Positions 62,985 through 64,000 of a DNA stretch of 64,000 nucleotides are shown here, one piece after another. The stretch is from Octopus vulgaris (lineage: Eukaryota). The position numbers were made by a program, and so were the translations under genes. Location of the stretch: the NCBI GenBank assembly GCA_951406725.2, contig OX597816.1, positions 78,306,001 through 78,370,000 on the forward strand. The letters run 5' to 3'. How positions within the stretch are numbered: position 1 is the stretch's first letter; each line of letters starts with the position of its first letter. The notes under the pieces are model-generated. The model had not been told where the DNA came from. It saw only the letters and a program-made list of their open reading frames with translations, and did no database searches.

Positions 62985-64000
62985 TAATATTGAAATTATT
63001 GTGTATAGTGCTCAGGTTTACTAAAACTCATCAAATGTGCATGTATAGTGCATAGAATTATGTATAAATGTCAGAAAAGTGAACAGTGTATGAGTCATGA
63101 TCTACATGCATACATGCGTATGGTGGGAGGGGTGTGATATCAGGTGCAGTTTTGGTGAATTTCAGGAAGTATGGAGATTTTAAAGGATGCAATGTCTTGG
63201 CAGTTAACAACAGATGCAGGTAGTTTATGCCATGCTTCAGCAACTCTGAGTGTGAAAAAATGTTTCTGAAAGTTATGGGAGCTGTGCTTTTTTCTGACTT
63301 TGTAGGCATGCCCATGTATGTTCGACACATGGAGTTCAAAAAGGTGCTCAGAGTGGTTGTTGGCATGATGGTTAATAATTTTGTGGGTGTTTACCAAATC
63401 AGTTGCCAGACATCGGAGCTTCAGCGTATCTATGCCCAGGGAAACAACGCTTTCAGAGTATGGTAGATGCCTGATGGAGGGTATTTGCTTGGTTGCATGT
63501 CTCTGAACAGTTTCCAAACTGGTGGGCTGCACTATAGCCATTTACAGCCTTAAATAGATAGTTGGAGAGTGGCTGACACAGGTATTGCTGAGTGATGCCA
63601 AGACACCCTCAGCCTTCTTGACAATTTTAGAGATGTTCTTTGTCCAGTGCAAATCGCTGCTGACAGTAATGCCCAGGTCACGTTCACAAGAAGACTTCTT
63701 GATATTAGTGTTGTGGAGGGAGTATGTGGATGCTGGGTTTTCCTTCCCAAAATGCATGGTGGTACACTTGTCAACAGCCAACTTGAGTTGCCAGTATGTG
63801 ATCCATTGTTGCATTGTGTCCAGGTTCAATTACAGGAAAGATCTATAGTGTTCAGGATCTGTCCTTTTTATCTCAAGGTACAGCTTGATGTCATCTGCAT
63901 ATTTCAGCATTGGCATTCTTTAAGTTGTCATCTATGTCATTAATGTTTGCAACACACAAAAGGGAACCAAAAACAGATCCCTGCGGTACACCTGATGACA
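62985..64000 (-). mobile_element. CR1-clade LINE (RT C-terminal half and 3' UTR); runs off the window end
   Basis: SGVPQGSVFG; YADDIKL; WQLKLAVDKCTTMHFG..ERDLGITVSSDL; LETVQRHATKQI..FFTLRVAEAWHKLP. Confidence 0.92.

Overview
AT-rich eukaryotic DNA, almost certainly octopus/cephalopod; this is inferred from my recognition of the SINE families and from microsatellite density, not from a database match. I found no intact host protein-coding gene. The window is mostly decayed transposable elements, possibly one large intron downstream of a CpG-retaining promoter-like island at 1-600. Retroelements: a near-complete Ty3/Gypsy element with a preserved GGGAAAC -1 gag/pol frameshift site, Naiad-type Penelope-like elements (PLEs), RTE, CR1/L2 and Tx1 LINE fragments, a nest of R4/Dong elements in (AAT)n arrays, and many tRNA-derived SINEs. 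DNA transposons: a full-length mariner, a hAT (Buster/Charlie) transposase pseudogene and Tc1 fragments. The most interesting signals are structural. (1) An inverted PLE pair (18.4-21.1 kb) whose two damaged ends together reconstruct a minimal type I hammerhead ribozyme with an unusually large stem II. (2) Further hammerhead relics, one inside an inverted-repeat cassette with a tRNA-like head. (3) A candidate HDV-like ribozyme in a Dong/R4 5' UTR. (4) Several 430-2500 bp fold-back palindromes that would form long dsRNA if transcribed. Coordinates of decayed elements are approximate.
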